In this document: positions 50,697 through 60,274 of the stretch, one piece after another
Position numbering within the stretch: the stretch's first letter is position 1
How the letters are laid out: the number at the start of each line of letters is the position of its first letter
Virus record (IMG/VR): IMGVR_UViG_3300026088_000015
Coordinates: 8,472-72,471 of that record
Source of the DNA: a virus
Lineage: Duplodnaviria > Caudoviricetes
DNA: 64,000 nt
Direction: 5' to 3' (one strand)
Program-made: the position numbers and the translations under genes
The notes under the pieces: generated by a model
The model's input: only the letters and a program-made list of their open reading frames with translations
Told to the model about the DNA's origin: nothing
Databases searched by the model: none

Positions 50697-52085
50697 TTAG
50701 ATGTTAGCTCTACGTGCGATAATTGCTTGATTCGCAAGTGCTACTGCAACTCCGAATTCAGTCAAATATCTGTAGTTGATCTCATCCACTTCACTTCCTT
50801 TTCCTGGTGAGCTATCTCCACCCATACCGAATTGGAACTTTCTGTCGAAGTTATTTCCGTGCGGACCTGGAGCAGACTTGTAACCAAGTTGAACAGTGTA
50901 ACCTGCCTTACCAGTTACTGGATCTTTGGTCATAGCCACCGGAGTGATCATGATATACCATGGATATGGTTGGCCTGGAGCAGCAGTGATTTTAGGGTGG
51001 TTAAATTCTACAGCTTGTTTAGTGTAGAACATAAATCCGTTCAAGTAGAAACCATTGTAACCGAAGTCCACCATTCTAATTTTCTTAGAAGTAGACCCAG
51101 TATAGGTATCGTTAAGGTAAAGTCTTGCGCCGTTTTTCATCACGTCTGTAACTAGCTTCTCAACATCAGCGTGGGCATTGTTGCCCATCTTCATGTCATG
51201 CTCGTTGCCCGCTCTTTCTCTGATAAGGATTTTAGTAAAGTTGTACATATCCTCCAGTGTTACTGTAGTATTGTACAAGTAGTCGTTACCTCTTTCGAAG
51301 ATTTGTCTTTCAACACCCTTAGAAATTGTAACAGTATCTCCATCAGCATCAATAGCTGTACCACCAGCACCTAGCAATGCTTGGAATGAAATCTCTTCCT
51401 TGTGAAGGATAAAGGTTTTCATATCATCCTCATCAGGCTGATACATCGCTCCGCTATAAGAAGCACGTTGTTTCAATCTTAGAGTAGCGGCAGTACCAGA
51501 AAGCGTGATTTTATTTTTAACAATACCAAGATCCTCATCGAAGAGAACTGGAATGTTCATCATACCTTCATTGTATGATTTTCTCTCTCCGTACTGGTGA
51601 GCAATAGGGATAACAGTTTTACCAGCAGCGATAACAGTGTTAAGTGTTGCAGTAGCTGAGTTGCCTATAGGTTGTACGGTGATGGTGTGTGCGAATGCAA
51701 CTGACTCATCTTTAGAACGAATAAATAAGTCGGTAGTACCGAGCTTAACAGTCATGTTAGGAGAGAAAGGTGATCTTGTACCAGTCTTCTGGTAAGGGCC
51801 GTCGATGGTGATTACAGCAACAGCACCTGGAGTAGCTCCACCTGTGAAGGATTGTACAGTGATGTTGTTAGTAAGCCAACCTTCTTCGTGCCATCTGATA
51901 ACGTTATCTTCTGCTACTGTCCAAAGACCATTAGCCTCAGAAAATGTCAAGAAGTCTCTTTCATCTGCTTGAAGGAAAATCTCTTTCCACAACAGGGAAT
52001 CCGCTCTTAGGAACTCACCTGTATTCGTCGGGGTGAACGAATTTAAAATGACCCCATTACTACTATTTGCAATTATGTCTGCCAT
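50697..52085 (-). CDS. Major capsid protein (crAss-like)
   Basis: 462 aa after an acidic scaffold, followed by a strong terminator; IRWHEEG and YLTEFGVAV..NQ features. Confidence 0.8.
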   Translation of the reverse strand: MADIIANSSNGVILNSFTPTNTGEFLRADSLLWKEIFLQADERDFLTFSEANGLWTVAEDNVIRWHEEGWLTNNITVQSFTGGATPGAVAVITIDGPYQKTGTRSPFSPNMTVKLGTTDLFIRSKDESVAFAHTITVQPIGNSATATLNTVIAAGKTVIPIAHQYGERKSYNEGMMNIPVLFDEDLGIVKNKITLSGTAATLRLKQRASYSGAMYQPDEDDMKTFILHKEEISFQALLGAGGTAIDADGDTVTISKGVERQIFERGNDYLYNTTVTLEDMYNFTKILIRERAGNEHDMKMGNNAHADVEKLVTDVMKNGARLYLNDTYTGSTSKKIRMVDFGYNGFYLNGFMFYTKQAVEFNHPKITAAPGQPYPWYIMITPVAMTKDPVTGKAGYTVQLGYKSAPGPHGNNFDRKFQFGMGGDSSPGKGSEVDEINYRYLTEFGVAVALANQAIIARRANI

Positions 52086-52105
52086 GATTTCTTTTTACTT
52101 TTCAG

Positions 52106-53305
52106 TTAAACATTCCTTCTGTTGGCGGCAAACTTTGCAAATTGATCTCTGGCTGTTTCTACTACTGGAGCCTCCATCTTCGTGGAAGTCTTCGGTGGTT
52201 CAGCATTCCTGAGTTGCCTAAGTTGAGTCTCCTGGAAATTAGCTCTACCTGTGTTCTTAGCTTCTGCGAGAATTTTTTCGAAATTAACATTCCTCATTAT
52301 AAACTCGAATAAAGCTTCGTGATCGGTATTGCCATTATCATCGGAAATAGCCTCCATTATAAATCGGATAGGATCATACATTGCATTTTGGATGATATCA
52401 CGAGAAGCCGGGTCCATCGGGATCGAAATCTCAGTCTCACCAATACTATATGCGACTCTATCTGCATTATCTAAAACATAATCTACGCTACCTCTCCATG
52501 CCTGATTCCTTTCTTCGGTATCATCTGGAGTTTCTTGAGTTTCAGCACCTCCAAGAGTTTCTGCTTTCAGGACATCCTGAAAAGCTTTCATTTTCTCTCT
52601 GGCCTCTCTTGCATCTTCCTGAAGTTTCAATCGAATAAAATCCTGATCTTCTTCTTCCTCAATGGTCTCGTAGTCTTTTTTATAATTTCTTTCAAATTGC
52701 TTAGAAAGGAAGTCGATGGATTTACCTGAATTTTCAAGGAAATAAATCTGACGAAGTATCTCCTTTTCTGGTAAAACATCAGCGTTTACAGAGGTAACAC
52801 GGTCATAAAGATTTGGATCACCAAACTTCCGCGCTACAGCTATACGCCTTTTTTCATCCTCACTAAGACCAGAAAACTCCTTCTGAGTAGTCTTATATTG
52901 ATCCCTTAATTGAAGGGCTTCTGTTATTTCTTTGAATGAATTAACACTTATCCCAGCCTCTTGTAAGACCCCAACTACATCATATTCATCGAGCTCTCTT
53001 ACACCTTGATCATCATCCGCCGCTGGCTGATCGTCAACGTTTTGAGATCCATCATCACTTGGTTGTGGAGCAAGATCATCTACAATTTCTTGCTCTAGTT
53101 GTTCTTGAACTGCCTCCGGTCTAACTTCAACTGGAGCGGCAACCACAGGCTGTTCTTGGGTTATTGGTTGTGCTAGTGTTTGAGGAGTGACTGAAATATC
53201 TACAGGGCCTCCTTCTTGCCCTTGTCTTATACCGAGCATTGCCTCGGCCACCTTGCTTCGGTCGTATCCGAGAGCTTGTGAAGATTCTTGTTCTTCGTTT
53301 GGCAT
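52106..53305 (-). CDS. Acidic scaffolding-like protein (start corrected to MPNEEQ)
   Basis: Very D/E/Q-rich, immediately upstream of MCP. Confidence 0.65.
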   Translation of the reverse strand: MPNEEQESSQALGYDRSKVAEAMLGIRQGQEGGPVDISVTPQTLAQPITQEQPVVAAPVEVRPEAVQEQLEQEIVDDLAPQPSDDGSQNVDDQPAADDDQGVRELDEYDVVGVLQEAGISVNSFKEITEALQLRDQYKTTQKEFSGLSEDEKRRIAVARKFGDPNLYDRVTSVNADVLPEKEILRQIYFLENSGKSIDFLSKQFERNYKKDYETIEEEEDQDFIRLKLQEDAREAREKMKAFQDVLKAETLGGAETQETPDDTEERNQAWRGSVDYVLDNADRVAYSIGETEISIPMDPASRDIIQNAMYDPIRFIMEAISDDNGNTDHEALFEFIMRNVNFEKILAEAKNTGRANFQETQLRQLRNAEPPKTSTKMEAPVVETARDQFAKFAANRRNV

Positions 53306-53384
53306 ATTTTTTTTATTAAAAATACGGGTAGATTCATTTTTTTTGTCTAAATTAGGCGCAGAAGAGTATTTGAGAGTATAAAGT

Positions 53385-53708
53385 ATGAACCCAAGAAAAA
53401 TACAGACTGAAATAAAAAATAATGTCATTGTTCTCCCCACATGGGATTTCTACCAAATGCTTCTCTTTCAAAGAAACAATTATCATCGATGGCTTAATTA
53501 CAATGTTATAAGATGTGGGATAAAAAATAGAGACTACTTTCACATAGACAATTTCTCCAGTCTCCAGGAAAAAAGAAAAAGGGTAAGGCTATTAATCACA
53601 ATAGATTTTGCTATAGCGCTTACGTACAGAGAAGAATCGTATCTGTCTAAGTCAATGAGAATGGAATTAGAACGAATAAAATCAGAGCATCCAATAACTC
53701 CTAGATGA
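53385..53708 (+). CDS. AntA/AntB-like antirepressor-type protein
   Basis: YHRWL...GIKNRDYF...LITIDFAIAL resembles the AntA core. Confidence 0.45.
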   Translation: MNPRKIQTEIKNNVIVLPTWDFYQMLLFQRNNYHRWLNYNVIRCGIKNRDYFHIDNFSSLQEKRKRVRLLITIDFAIALTYREESYLSKSMRMELERIKSEHPITPR

Positions 53709-53765
53709 GTTTATTTTTAGCCTAACGTATTGATTGCCGTATTTTTAATAAAAAAATATACAACT

Positions 53766-54026
53766 ATGGCAATCCTAATAACACTCCACGTAGTAAAAGG
53801 TCATGCAGTAGAGCAAGTTCTTACTGCTGCAACTGCGGTAGACGTAGCTTTCAATACAGCATTTATTGTTGACGCTCAAAGCTTAGATAGCTTCGCTACT
53901 CAGCCTTCTGGCGCTAGAACAACTTTCCGTTATGCAGATCCTTCCTCTGGCAGAGGAGCAGATCAAGTAGATGTAACTAATCCTTACTCTGCTGTTGTTG
54001 CTGCATCAAACGCTCCATTAGCTTAA
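53766..54026 (+). CDS. Small A/V/T-rich protein (possible virion decoration)
   Basis: MAILITLHVVKG...; composition typical of structural proteins; 3' end overlaps the GT gene. Confidence 0.5.
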   Translation: MAILITLHVVKGHAVEQVLTAATAVDVAFNTAFIVDAQSLDSFATQPSGARTTFRYADPSSGRGADQVDVTNPYSAVVAASNAPLA

Positions 54027-54987
54027 TCCTAAGCTGATTTACCGTTTTTAGCTGACAATTCTCCTGAATGAATTGCCATGATTGCTTGTGAAGTGATTCT
54101 AAATCATATTCGCCTGTGATCATGGCTTTCAGCTTTTCCTTGAAGTCAGATCCATAATTTACTATTCCAGGCCGGTGCCATTCGGCAGTATCCGGAGCTA
54201 AAGTTACAGCTCCCGCATAAGTTCCCTCTATCCAAGCATTATTGCTATGACACATTGAATAGGGAGAACTTCTATTTAACATAACAACATTAATACTGCA
54301 TCTGAGAGTAGGAAGATATGCAATGTAATCAACTACCGATCGGAAGTCATGATACTTGGCATTATGAAACTTTCTAAGGAACAAAGGAGATAGTCCCAGA
54401 AAATCAACGTGCCACTCATGCTCATTAATTACTTCTACTAGATCATTGGAGAAGTCTTGCACGTCCTCCATGTGGGCATAGGAGCCCCTGTGAAGAAGGT
54501 TCTGTGTTTTATTAAACTCTGGGGCCTTGTTAAAAACAAGTGGCTCATAAGCGTTCCTAATGATGTGAACATTGGTCCCAACCCCGGCTTCGTATTTTAG
54601 ATATCCTGCAAGAGTTTCGGTGGATACCCAAATCTGATCAGCAAGCCACATACATTCTTTAGCGATATCATGCGTTTGCTTACTATTGAACTCTGAGGCT
54701 CCGGCAATGTGCCCAGGAACCTCAAAAATATAATCATCAATATCCACAATTACTTTAACGCCTAATCTCTTGGCAAGCTTAATGTTATCCAAATCAGCTT
54801 TCTTGTACGGAGACTTTACAAATATTATGTTAAATAGAACTAGAAAGTCCCAAGTAATTGGCTGTCCAGAATAAGGAATAACCTCAATTTCTGGGTACTC
54901 TTTCTGCAGTATTGCAAAGGGAAGCCTACTCCGATAAAAGGAAATAGCACTGGAAGTGTTGGCTGTTAGGTCAAGGATTTTGATCAT
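53977..54987 (-). CDS. Glycosyltransferase (GT-B-like)
   Basis: SFYRSRLPF, VIVDIDDY, IWVSTETL, SNNAWIEGTYAG motifs of phage glycosyltransferases. Confidence 0.8.
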   Translation of the reverse strand: MIKILDLTANTSSAISFYRSRLPFAILQKEYPEIEVIPYSGQPITWDFLVLFNIIFVKSPYKKADLDNIKLAKRLGVKVIVDIDDYIFEVPGHIAGASEFNSKQTHDIAKECMWLADQIWVSTETLAGYLKYEAGVGTNVHIIRNAYEPLVFNKAPEFNKTQNLLHRGSYAHMEDVQDFSNDLVEVINEHEWHVDFLGLSPLFLRKFHNAKYHDFRSVVDYIAYLPTLRCSINVVMLNRSSPYSMCHSNNAWIEGTYAGAVTLAPDTAEWHRPGIVNYGSDFKEKLKAMITGEYDLESLHKQSWQFIQENCQLKTVNQLRIKLMERLMQQQQQSKD

Positions 54988-55511
54988 TGAATATATTTTG
55001 GATTAGGCATACCATTCTTATAGGGGAACTCAATCACTTCCTTCCTGTGTTGGAAGCAATTCATATTTTCAGGGTTTGCTGTATTGGGTTCTACCTTTGC
55101 CTTTTTATTAAACTTTGTACACCATATTTTTGCTCTGTGCATGAAGTAGCAATCACTACAGCTACAGTCAAGATTTTGACACCAAATAACTTCTTGTCGT
55201 TTAGCTTCCGCTAAAATATCTTTTCTTACTGGCTTCCATAGGTTTGGAGTCCAATATCCAGGTAACACGTCAATATTTTCCTTTGTTAATCGTTCTCCGC
55301 TCACTGAACAAATAGGGCTTGGTCTCCAATAAAGGTGCTCTAATTCCCCCAATGAATTGGTGATGAAGAATTGCTCACGACCTGTCTTTCCTCCCTGTTC
55401 AATCCAATCTCTATAGAATTTTTGAAGATCCCAAGTAAGACAAGCGTAGATAAAGAATTGCTTATCGCTCCATTGATAGTTAAATTCATATTTTTTCTTA
55501 ATCGGATTCAT
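54984..55511 (-). CDS. Hypothetical Cys-containing protein
   Basis: Coupled to the GT gene; CSVSG, CSCSDC. Confidence 0.55.
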   Translation of the reverse strand: MNPIKKKYEFNYQWSDKQFFIYACLTWDLQKFYRDWIEQGGKTGREQFFITNSLGELEHLYWRPSPICSVSGERLTKENIDVLPGYWTPNLWKPVRKDILAEAKRQEVIWCQNLDCSCSDCYFMHRAKIWCTKFNKKAKVEPNTANPENMNCFQHRKEVIEFPYKNGMPNPKYIQ

Positions 55512-55550
55512 TAATCTATTAGTCTATACCTTTACTAATGACTCTGTTTT

Positions 55551-56543
55551 TTAAAACTTCACCAATTTCTCAAATTTCTCCACTCCATAGGCATTGGTTT
55601 TTTTGAGCAGTGGGAGGAGTTCATCAGCCCGCATCACCTCCTTAGTGATCTTATTTTGCTCCATCCAACTTTTGACCCCCATCTCACAGGACCCTGTGAG
55701 CAGCCTATAGTGATTCACTGTGATCATTGTGTCTTTCTCAATCGGCTTATTCTTAAGCTTTTCTGCTACGATCTTGAACTGCAAATCTCCAAATGCTTTC
55801 TGTAGATCTTCGCCATGTGCGTAATATTCCCCCTTGTTTACCACGAAGAAATGCTCGTCTCTGTTAACCTTTTTTGCAGAATAAATTTTGCACGTCTCTT
55901 CGTTGATCGTCTGCTGCTTCTCGCTCAGAACTTCGCAGAATATACCGTCGATGTAAGCATAAATCTTGTCGTTCTTTTCCCAGAAAAAGTTGCGGTTCAC
56001 TTTAGATCCGATGTGCTTGTTGCCGTTTTTCCAATACAGGCTCCCGCCCACGGTGGGGTTGAAATTCTCGGGAATCGAGGTCAGCGAGCCAAGGTACAGG
56101 CCCCCGCCCACGGTGGGGTTGAAATTCTCGGGAATCGAGGTCAGCGAGCGAAGGTACAGGCTCCCGCCCACGGTGGGGTTGAAGTTGTCGGGAATCGAGG
56201 TCAGCGAGCCAAGGTACAGGCTCCCGCCCACGGTGGGGTTGAAGTTCTCGGGTATCGAGGTCAGCGAGCGAAGGTCCAGGTCCCCGCCCACGGTGGGGTT
56301 GAAGTTCTCGGGTATCGAGGTCAGCGAGCGAAGGTCTAGGCGCCAGCCCACGGTGGGGTTGAAGTTGTCGGGAATCGAGGTCAGCGAGCGAAGGTACAGG
56401 TCCCCGCCCACGGTGGGGTTGAAGTTCTCGGGTATCGACGTCAGCGAGCGAAGGTACAGGTCCCCTTCTATATTTTCCTCGCCCAAAAACTGGGCGACGG
56501 TTATTTTGTGATTCTTGCAGAAATCTTTTATCGGAGTAGTCAT
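55551..56543 (-). CDS. LRR-like tandem-repeat protein, copy 1 (7 full 20-aa units plus a C-terminal YAHG/TGSC domain)
   Basis: (G/W)xLxLxSLTSIP(E/D)NFNPTVG x7; ATG 56543 preferred because the tracked TTG lies inside the promoter. Confidence 0.9.
   Translation of the reverse strand: MTTPIKDFCKNHKITVAQFLGEENIEGDLYLRSLTSIPENFNPTVGGDLYLRSLTSIPDNFNPTVGWRLDLRSLTSIPENFNPTVGGDLDLRSLTSIPENFNPTVGGSLYLGSLTSIPDNFNPTVGGSLYLRSLTSIPENFNPTVGGGLYLGSLTSIPENFNPTVGGSLYWKNGNKHIGSKVNRNFFWEKNDKIYAYIDGIFCEVLSEKQQTINEETCKIYSAKKVNRDEHFFVVNKGEYYAHGEDLQKAFGDLQFKIVAEKLKNKPIEKDTMITVNHYRLLTGSCEMGVKSWMEQNKITKEVMRADELLPLLKKTNAYGVEKFEKLVKF
56041..56460 (-). repeat. 7 x 60-bp GC-rich coding tandem repeat
   Basis: Units line up on consecutive 60-nt rows; one unit counted at 37/60 GC in an AT-rich genome. 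Confidence 0.97.
56463..56531 (-). repeat. 69-bp perfect inverted repeat, arm 1
   Basis: Reverse complement is identical to 63743-63811. Confidence 0.95.
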
Positions 56544-56570
56544 TTTATCTTCGGTTAAGTTTATTTTTTT

Positions 56571-56600
56571 CAAACTTACAATAATATTTCAATAAAAGAA
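56571..56600 (-). promoter_or_regulatory. Phage-repeated promoter (-7 TAAGTTTG) driving LRR copy 1
   Basis: Minus strand TTCTTTTATTGAAATATTATTGTAAGTTTG. Confidence 0.7.
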
Positions 56601-56743
56601 ATATTTATCAAAATAAAATATTTTGCCTTTCTGTTTACTTTTTTAATAATTATTGTATATATTTGAAACAAATACTGGTAAGGACAGTATAGGTAGAAAG
56701 CATTATCAAAGACAATTTCTTAGGAAAGACGTCTCCCATGCAG

Positions 56744-56780
56744 AAGCTCAGCGTCCTTACCGCTGGGCTTTTTGCGTTTT
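56744..56780 (+). terminator. Terminator/attenuator-like hairpin in the long leader of the GIY-YIG gene
   Basis: AAGCTCAGCG-tccttac-CGCTGGGCTT then TTT. Confidence 0.55.
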
Positions 56781-57074
56781 ATACCACCAAGCCCAGCCAC
56801 CTCTAACATGCCCGGGATAGTAACGGTTCGTGTTAGTTGTACAGCGGTAAACGTGGTGAGGACCGCAGGGCAATTAAGAGGCAGCCTACCCCCGGATAGC
56901 ACACTCGATTCCGAATAGTCTTATATGTATACAAAGTGTGATTGTATACTGTGTCGTTCGATGCGCCCGACAGGACTCAGAACTAAATCGAATAAACACG
57001 ATTGTTTCACTAGGGACAATTGTGTCTTCTCCTCAACCCTCTTGATCTAGAACTAAGTTATTTTAATTAATACT

Positions 57075-57659
57075 ATGTATACAGTATATAAAATAGAGAA
57101 TATTAAAACTAAAATGATTTATGTCGGATCTACTAATAACTTTAGGGTTCGAAAATCAGAACATCTTAGTCAACTAAGAAAAGGAACCCACCCTAATAGA
57201 AAACTACAGCGTGCATTTACTGAATTCAAAGAAGAAAATTTTGAATTTTCAATAATTACAGAAAATTTATCTTCAAGAGAAGATATGCTCCTTCGTGAAT
57301 ATGAAGTAATACTTAAAACATGGGACATTAATTACAATGTAAATAAAACATGCCCAGTAGTATCAAATAAGCAATCTGGATTTTCGTATAGAAAAAATAA
57401 GGTTGGCCAGATGATAATACAAAAAGAAGGATATAAGATAGGTAAAGAGCGTAGGAATCTCCGTAATGAAAGGAAGAAAAAAAGTCCAGCACTTCAACGA
57501 ATGTTAACATTTGACAGAAGGGCCACTAGGCTGGGAATAAAATTAAAAGGGAACACTCCTGATGATGCATTAGAGCGTAAGAGAATACGGGAAGCTAGAA
57601 TTAATGGAAATAAATTCAACGAAATAGCAGATGATCTTTGCGCAAAAGAAATAAATTAG
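57075..57659 (+). CDS. GIY-YIG homing endonuclease
   Basis: VYKIEN...IYVGST...R...H...H.NRKLQRAF..F..ENFEFSII. Confidence 0.9.
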   Translation: MYTVYKIENIKTKMIYVGSTNNFRVRKSEHLSQLRKGTHPNRKLQRAFTEFKEENFEFSIITENLSSREDMLLREYEVILKTWDINYNVNKTCPVVSNKQSGFSYRKNKVGQMIIQKEGYKIGKERRNLRNERKKKSPALQRMLTFDRRATRLGIKLKGNTPDDALERKRIREARINGNKFNEIADDLCAKEIN

Positions 57660-57768
57660 TATATTTGGTTATCAATCTACGTTACTCGGGGATCACTAGT
57701 CTCCTGGGGTGTTTCGTCAAAAGTTTCCATTCAATTAAATACCACTGCTGCAAACGGTGGTATTTTTT

Positions 57769-60210
57769 TTATGATCCTACCTGCAATGTATTTGTTTTCA
57801 CTCTATCAATATTCCCCATCACCTTCTTATCGGTAATATGAGCGTCTATTTGTCCCTGACGTTGTAATTGATCGGTTTTAACTAGCCCTTCCAGTTTCTT
57901 AAGCTGCATCTGGTATTCAAACTTCTGCTTCTCTGTAAGCCTTCTTTCGTTCTCCGTAGCCTGAATTATTCTTATCTGGGAAGCTTCATTCATTTGGAGT
58001 TGAGCGACCTGCGCCTGTTGGCTAAGCTGCGCTGTCTGTTGATCTTGCTGAGCCTTTGTCTGTTGCATTTGGAGTTGTTGCTGCTGGGCTTCTCGCATGT
58101 TTTTTCTGATTGCGACATATAAGTAGGCGTTTGCTTGTTTAATAGTTTCACATTCTTTTATTCTTCCAGCATCAGAAAGTGTAATGCCGCCCTGATCCAA
58201 AGGAGTTGCTATTGCTTGAGCGATCATTTGATTGAATTCTTGCCATTCTTGAGCAGTAGGCTTGAACTCTACCATAATTGCATAGTCGTACAATGAAGTC
58301 TCTTTGTTTATTTCAAAGAACTCATATACTCCACCCAATCCTGTTCTTATTCCTTGTGCTCTGCCTTCGGCTATTGAATCCATGCCCATCATGGCCTTAA
58401 GATTCATAAGATCTTGGTATAGGTATTTCTTCGCACTGAAGAGATGCTTTATAGAATAGTCCGCTGTATCGATAGCCAAATTCGCTACCTCTTTCCCAGT
58501 ATACTGAACATTTGACCCTGCGGCAACAGAACTGAATCCTGTTATCTCTTGAAGCATGTAAAGATAGAACTTAAGAGATTCTGCCCATTGGCCGAAGCTC
58601 GATCCTAGCCCTCCTTCAATCTCTTGGAAGGGACGTGCCCCACTGTTTACCCCAGCAAGGTTCTTGGTGGACATAGGAATTATGTTATGGATAAGCATGT
58701 TTTCCATAACCTTTTCAAAGTCGTAACCATGGGCACCTAGTCCTTTGGTAGCTTCAAATAAAGCATCAGTATTGAACTCGAATCCAGGTGGCCTGGCGTG
58801 AGCTGTAGCGTTCTGCATCTGCTGCCAAGTAAGATTAGCTGCATCTGCAATTACTTTTATTTCTTCCAAGATAGAGGCAGATTTACCATTTCTCATCAAT
58901 GGTGCCTGGATGAGGATAGGAAGCTTGGTGTCTACCGGATCACTTTTAGTACGGGCCATGTTCCGGTAGAGGCCGTAGTTATAAATATAGTCTGTGCCCA
59001 CCAACCATGTTCCCTTGTAGATATTCTTAGTCCTTGTTCTGTAAAGTTCCTTATCCGGATTATTCTTCTTGAAGTCTTCTTCTTTCGGACCGTTGTTGGA
59101 TCTGCCACTATAGTATCCAAAGGCCATTTTGTCTACGCGCCTATTCCCATTTCTGTCGTTTTTAGCTACATAGGTATCTTCATCGTATGAGTAAAAGTAC
59201 ACATCCAGTACGAGAATTCTATTTTTGGCATAGACGTAATCCATATTCCTAAACCCAGCTCCTTGGGAGTAAGGGTTCCATAGTACTTGATTTCCATATC
59301 TACCTACGTTAAATTGTTCAATTTCTGAATAACAATCAGCAAGATCCGCATTGATATCTTCCTGCACTAGCTCATTCATGGTGATCATCCTGAATTTTCC
59401 TACTTCTTGATTATCTCGGAAGTCCTCATTATTACTCCACCCAACAAGTAGACTTCTTGGATCTACACGCTCAGACATTGGATTTCCATTGGCATCGTAG
59501 CATTCTTCTACTGCTACTACCCCACAGGAAATGAGGTCAAGGTCTCCTTCAGTAAGCTTCTGGTCTAATCCATTGAGGTAGCTTATATACTTCAAATAGG
59601 ATTCTATATTCATCGCTGCCTGATACGGCAATGATTCTGTCATCTTAATTTGCTCTTCAATATCATCAGCCGGAAGATCATCAAATCCTGCATCGGACAG
59701 GACTTGTAAAAGATCTGGATTGTCAAGCTGTTCAGCAAGTAATTTTATTTGTGTGGCAGCTTGAATCTTTGCCTTATATTCCTTCATGTGCTGACGCGCA
59801 AGAGGATTGACAGGAGTAGCCGTAATGGAGAACTGTACTTCAGATAACTTGCCTAATAGAATTCTAACGTATTTTGAAAGGACATTTAAAAAACGCTTAT
59901 CATAATTTACTGAAGCTACGTTCTTAGTTTCTGCTTTATTTTGATCGGCACGTTGGATGTATTTACCTGGATCGATTAGTCCTTGGAAGTATAAAATATT
60001 CTCATCCCACTGAAGGCGATTGTTAAAAAACATATTGGGGAAGTATCGATTGTAATCGACATAGATGGATTTTATATTGGCTAGAATCCACTCCTTGCCT
60101 TTTTTCTTCTGATCTATGAGCCCAGACGGCCTTCCGGAAGTAGTTATTAAGTTACCAAATTGGTCTTCATGGTAAGTTCCGGTATTGGTAACTCTGGTCT
60201 TAAATTCCAT
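57769..60210 (-). CDS. Portal protein (crAss-like, 813 aa)
   Basis: Directly after TerL; size and Q-rich coiled C-terminus. Confidence 0.85.
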   Translation of the reverse strand: MEFKTRVTNTGTYHEDQFGNLITTSGRPSGLIDQKKKGKEWILANIKSIYVDYNRYFPNMFFNNRLQWDENILYFQGLIDPGKYIQRADQNKAETKNVASVNYDKRFLNVLSKYVRILLGKLSEVQFSITATPVNPLARQHMKEYKAKIQAATQIKLLAEQLDNPDLLQVLSDAGFDDLPADDIEEQIKMTESLPYQAAMNIESYLKYISYLNGLDQKLTEGDLDLISCGVVAVEECYDANGNPMSERVDPRSLLVGWSNNEDFRDNQEVGKFRMITMNELVQEDINADLADCYSEIEQFNVGRYGNQVLWNPYSQGAGFRNMDYVYAKNRILVLDVYFYSYDEDTYVAKNDRNGNRRVDKMAFGYYSGRSNNGPKEEDFKKNNPDKELYRTRTKNIYKGTWLVGTDYIYNYGLYRNMARTKSDPVDTKLPILIQAPLMRNGKSASILEEIKVIADAANLTWQQMQNATAHARPPGFEFNTDALFEATKGLGAHGYDFEKVMENMLIHNIIPMSTKNLAGVNSGARPFQEIEGGLGSSFGQWAESLKFYLYMLQEITGFSSVAAGSNVQYTGKEVANLAIDTADYSIKHLFSAKKYLYQDLMNLKAMMGMDSIAEGRAQGIRTGLGGVYEFFEINKETSLYDYAIMVEFKPTAQEWQEFNQMIAQAIATPLDQGGITLSDAGRIKECETIKQANAYLYVAIRKNMREAQQQQLQMQQTKAQQDQQTAQLSQQAQVAQLQMNEASQIRIIQATENERRLTEKQKFEYQMQLKKLEGLVKTDQLQRQGQIDAHITDKKVMGNIDRVKTNTLQVGS

Positions 60211-60274
60211 ATATCAGCGTGATTTTTGTCCCTAATATACGAATTTAAATTTATTATGTTAAATAGATGGTTTT

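Noticed and set aside
53306-53440. N-terminal TM extension on the scaffold protein
   Set aside because: Derives from an upstream start overlapping the opposite-strand gene; ATG 53305 with an A-rich leader is more plausible
26290-54000. Numerous + strand ORFs overlapping virion genes (e.g. 29686-30246, 30409-30858, 38538-39005, 49052-49498)
   Set aside because: Antisense shadows of long minus-strand genes
56041-56460. CRISPR array interpretation of the 60-bp repeats
   Set aside because: Units are contiguous with no unique spacers, are in-frame coding, and no cas genes are present
55815-56511. ORFs 55815-56339 and 55966-56511 (+)
   Set aside because: Antisense shadows of the GC-rich stop-free repeat
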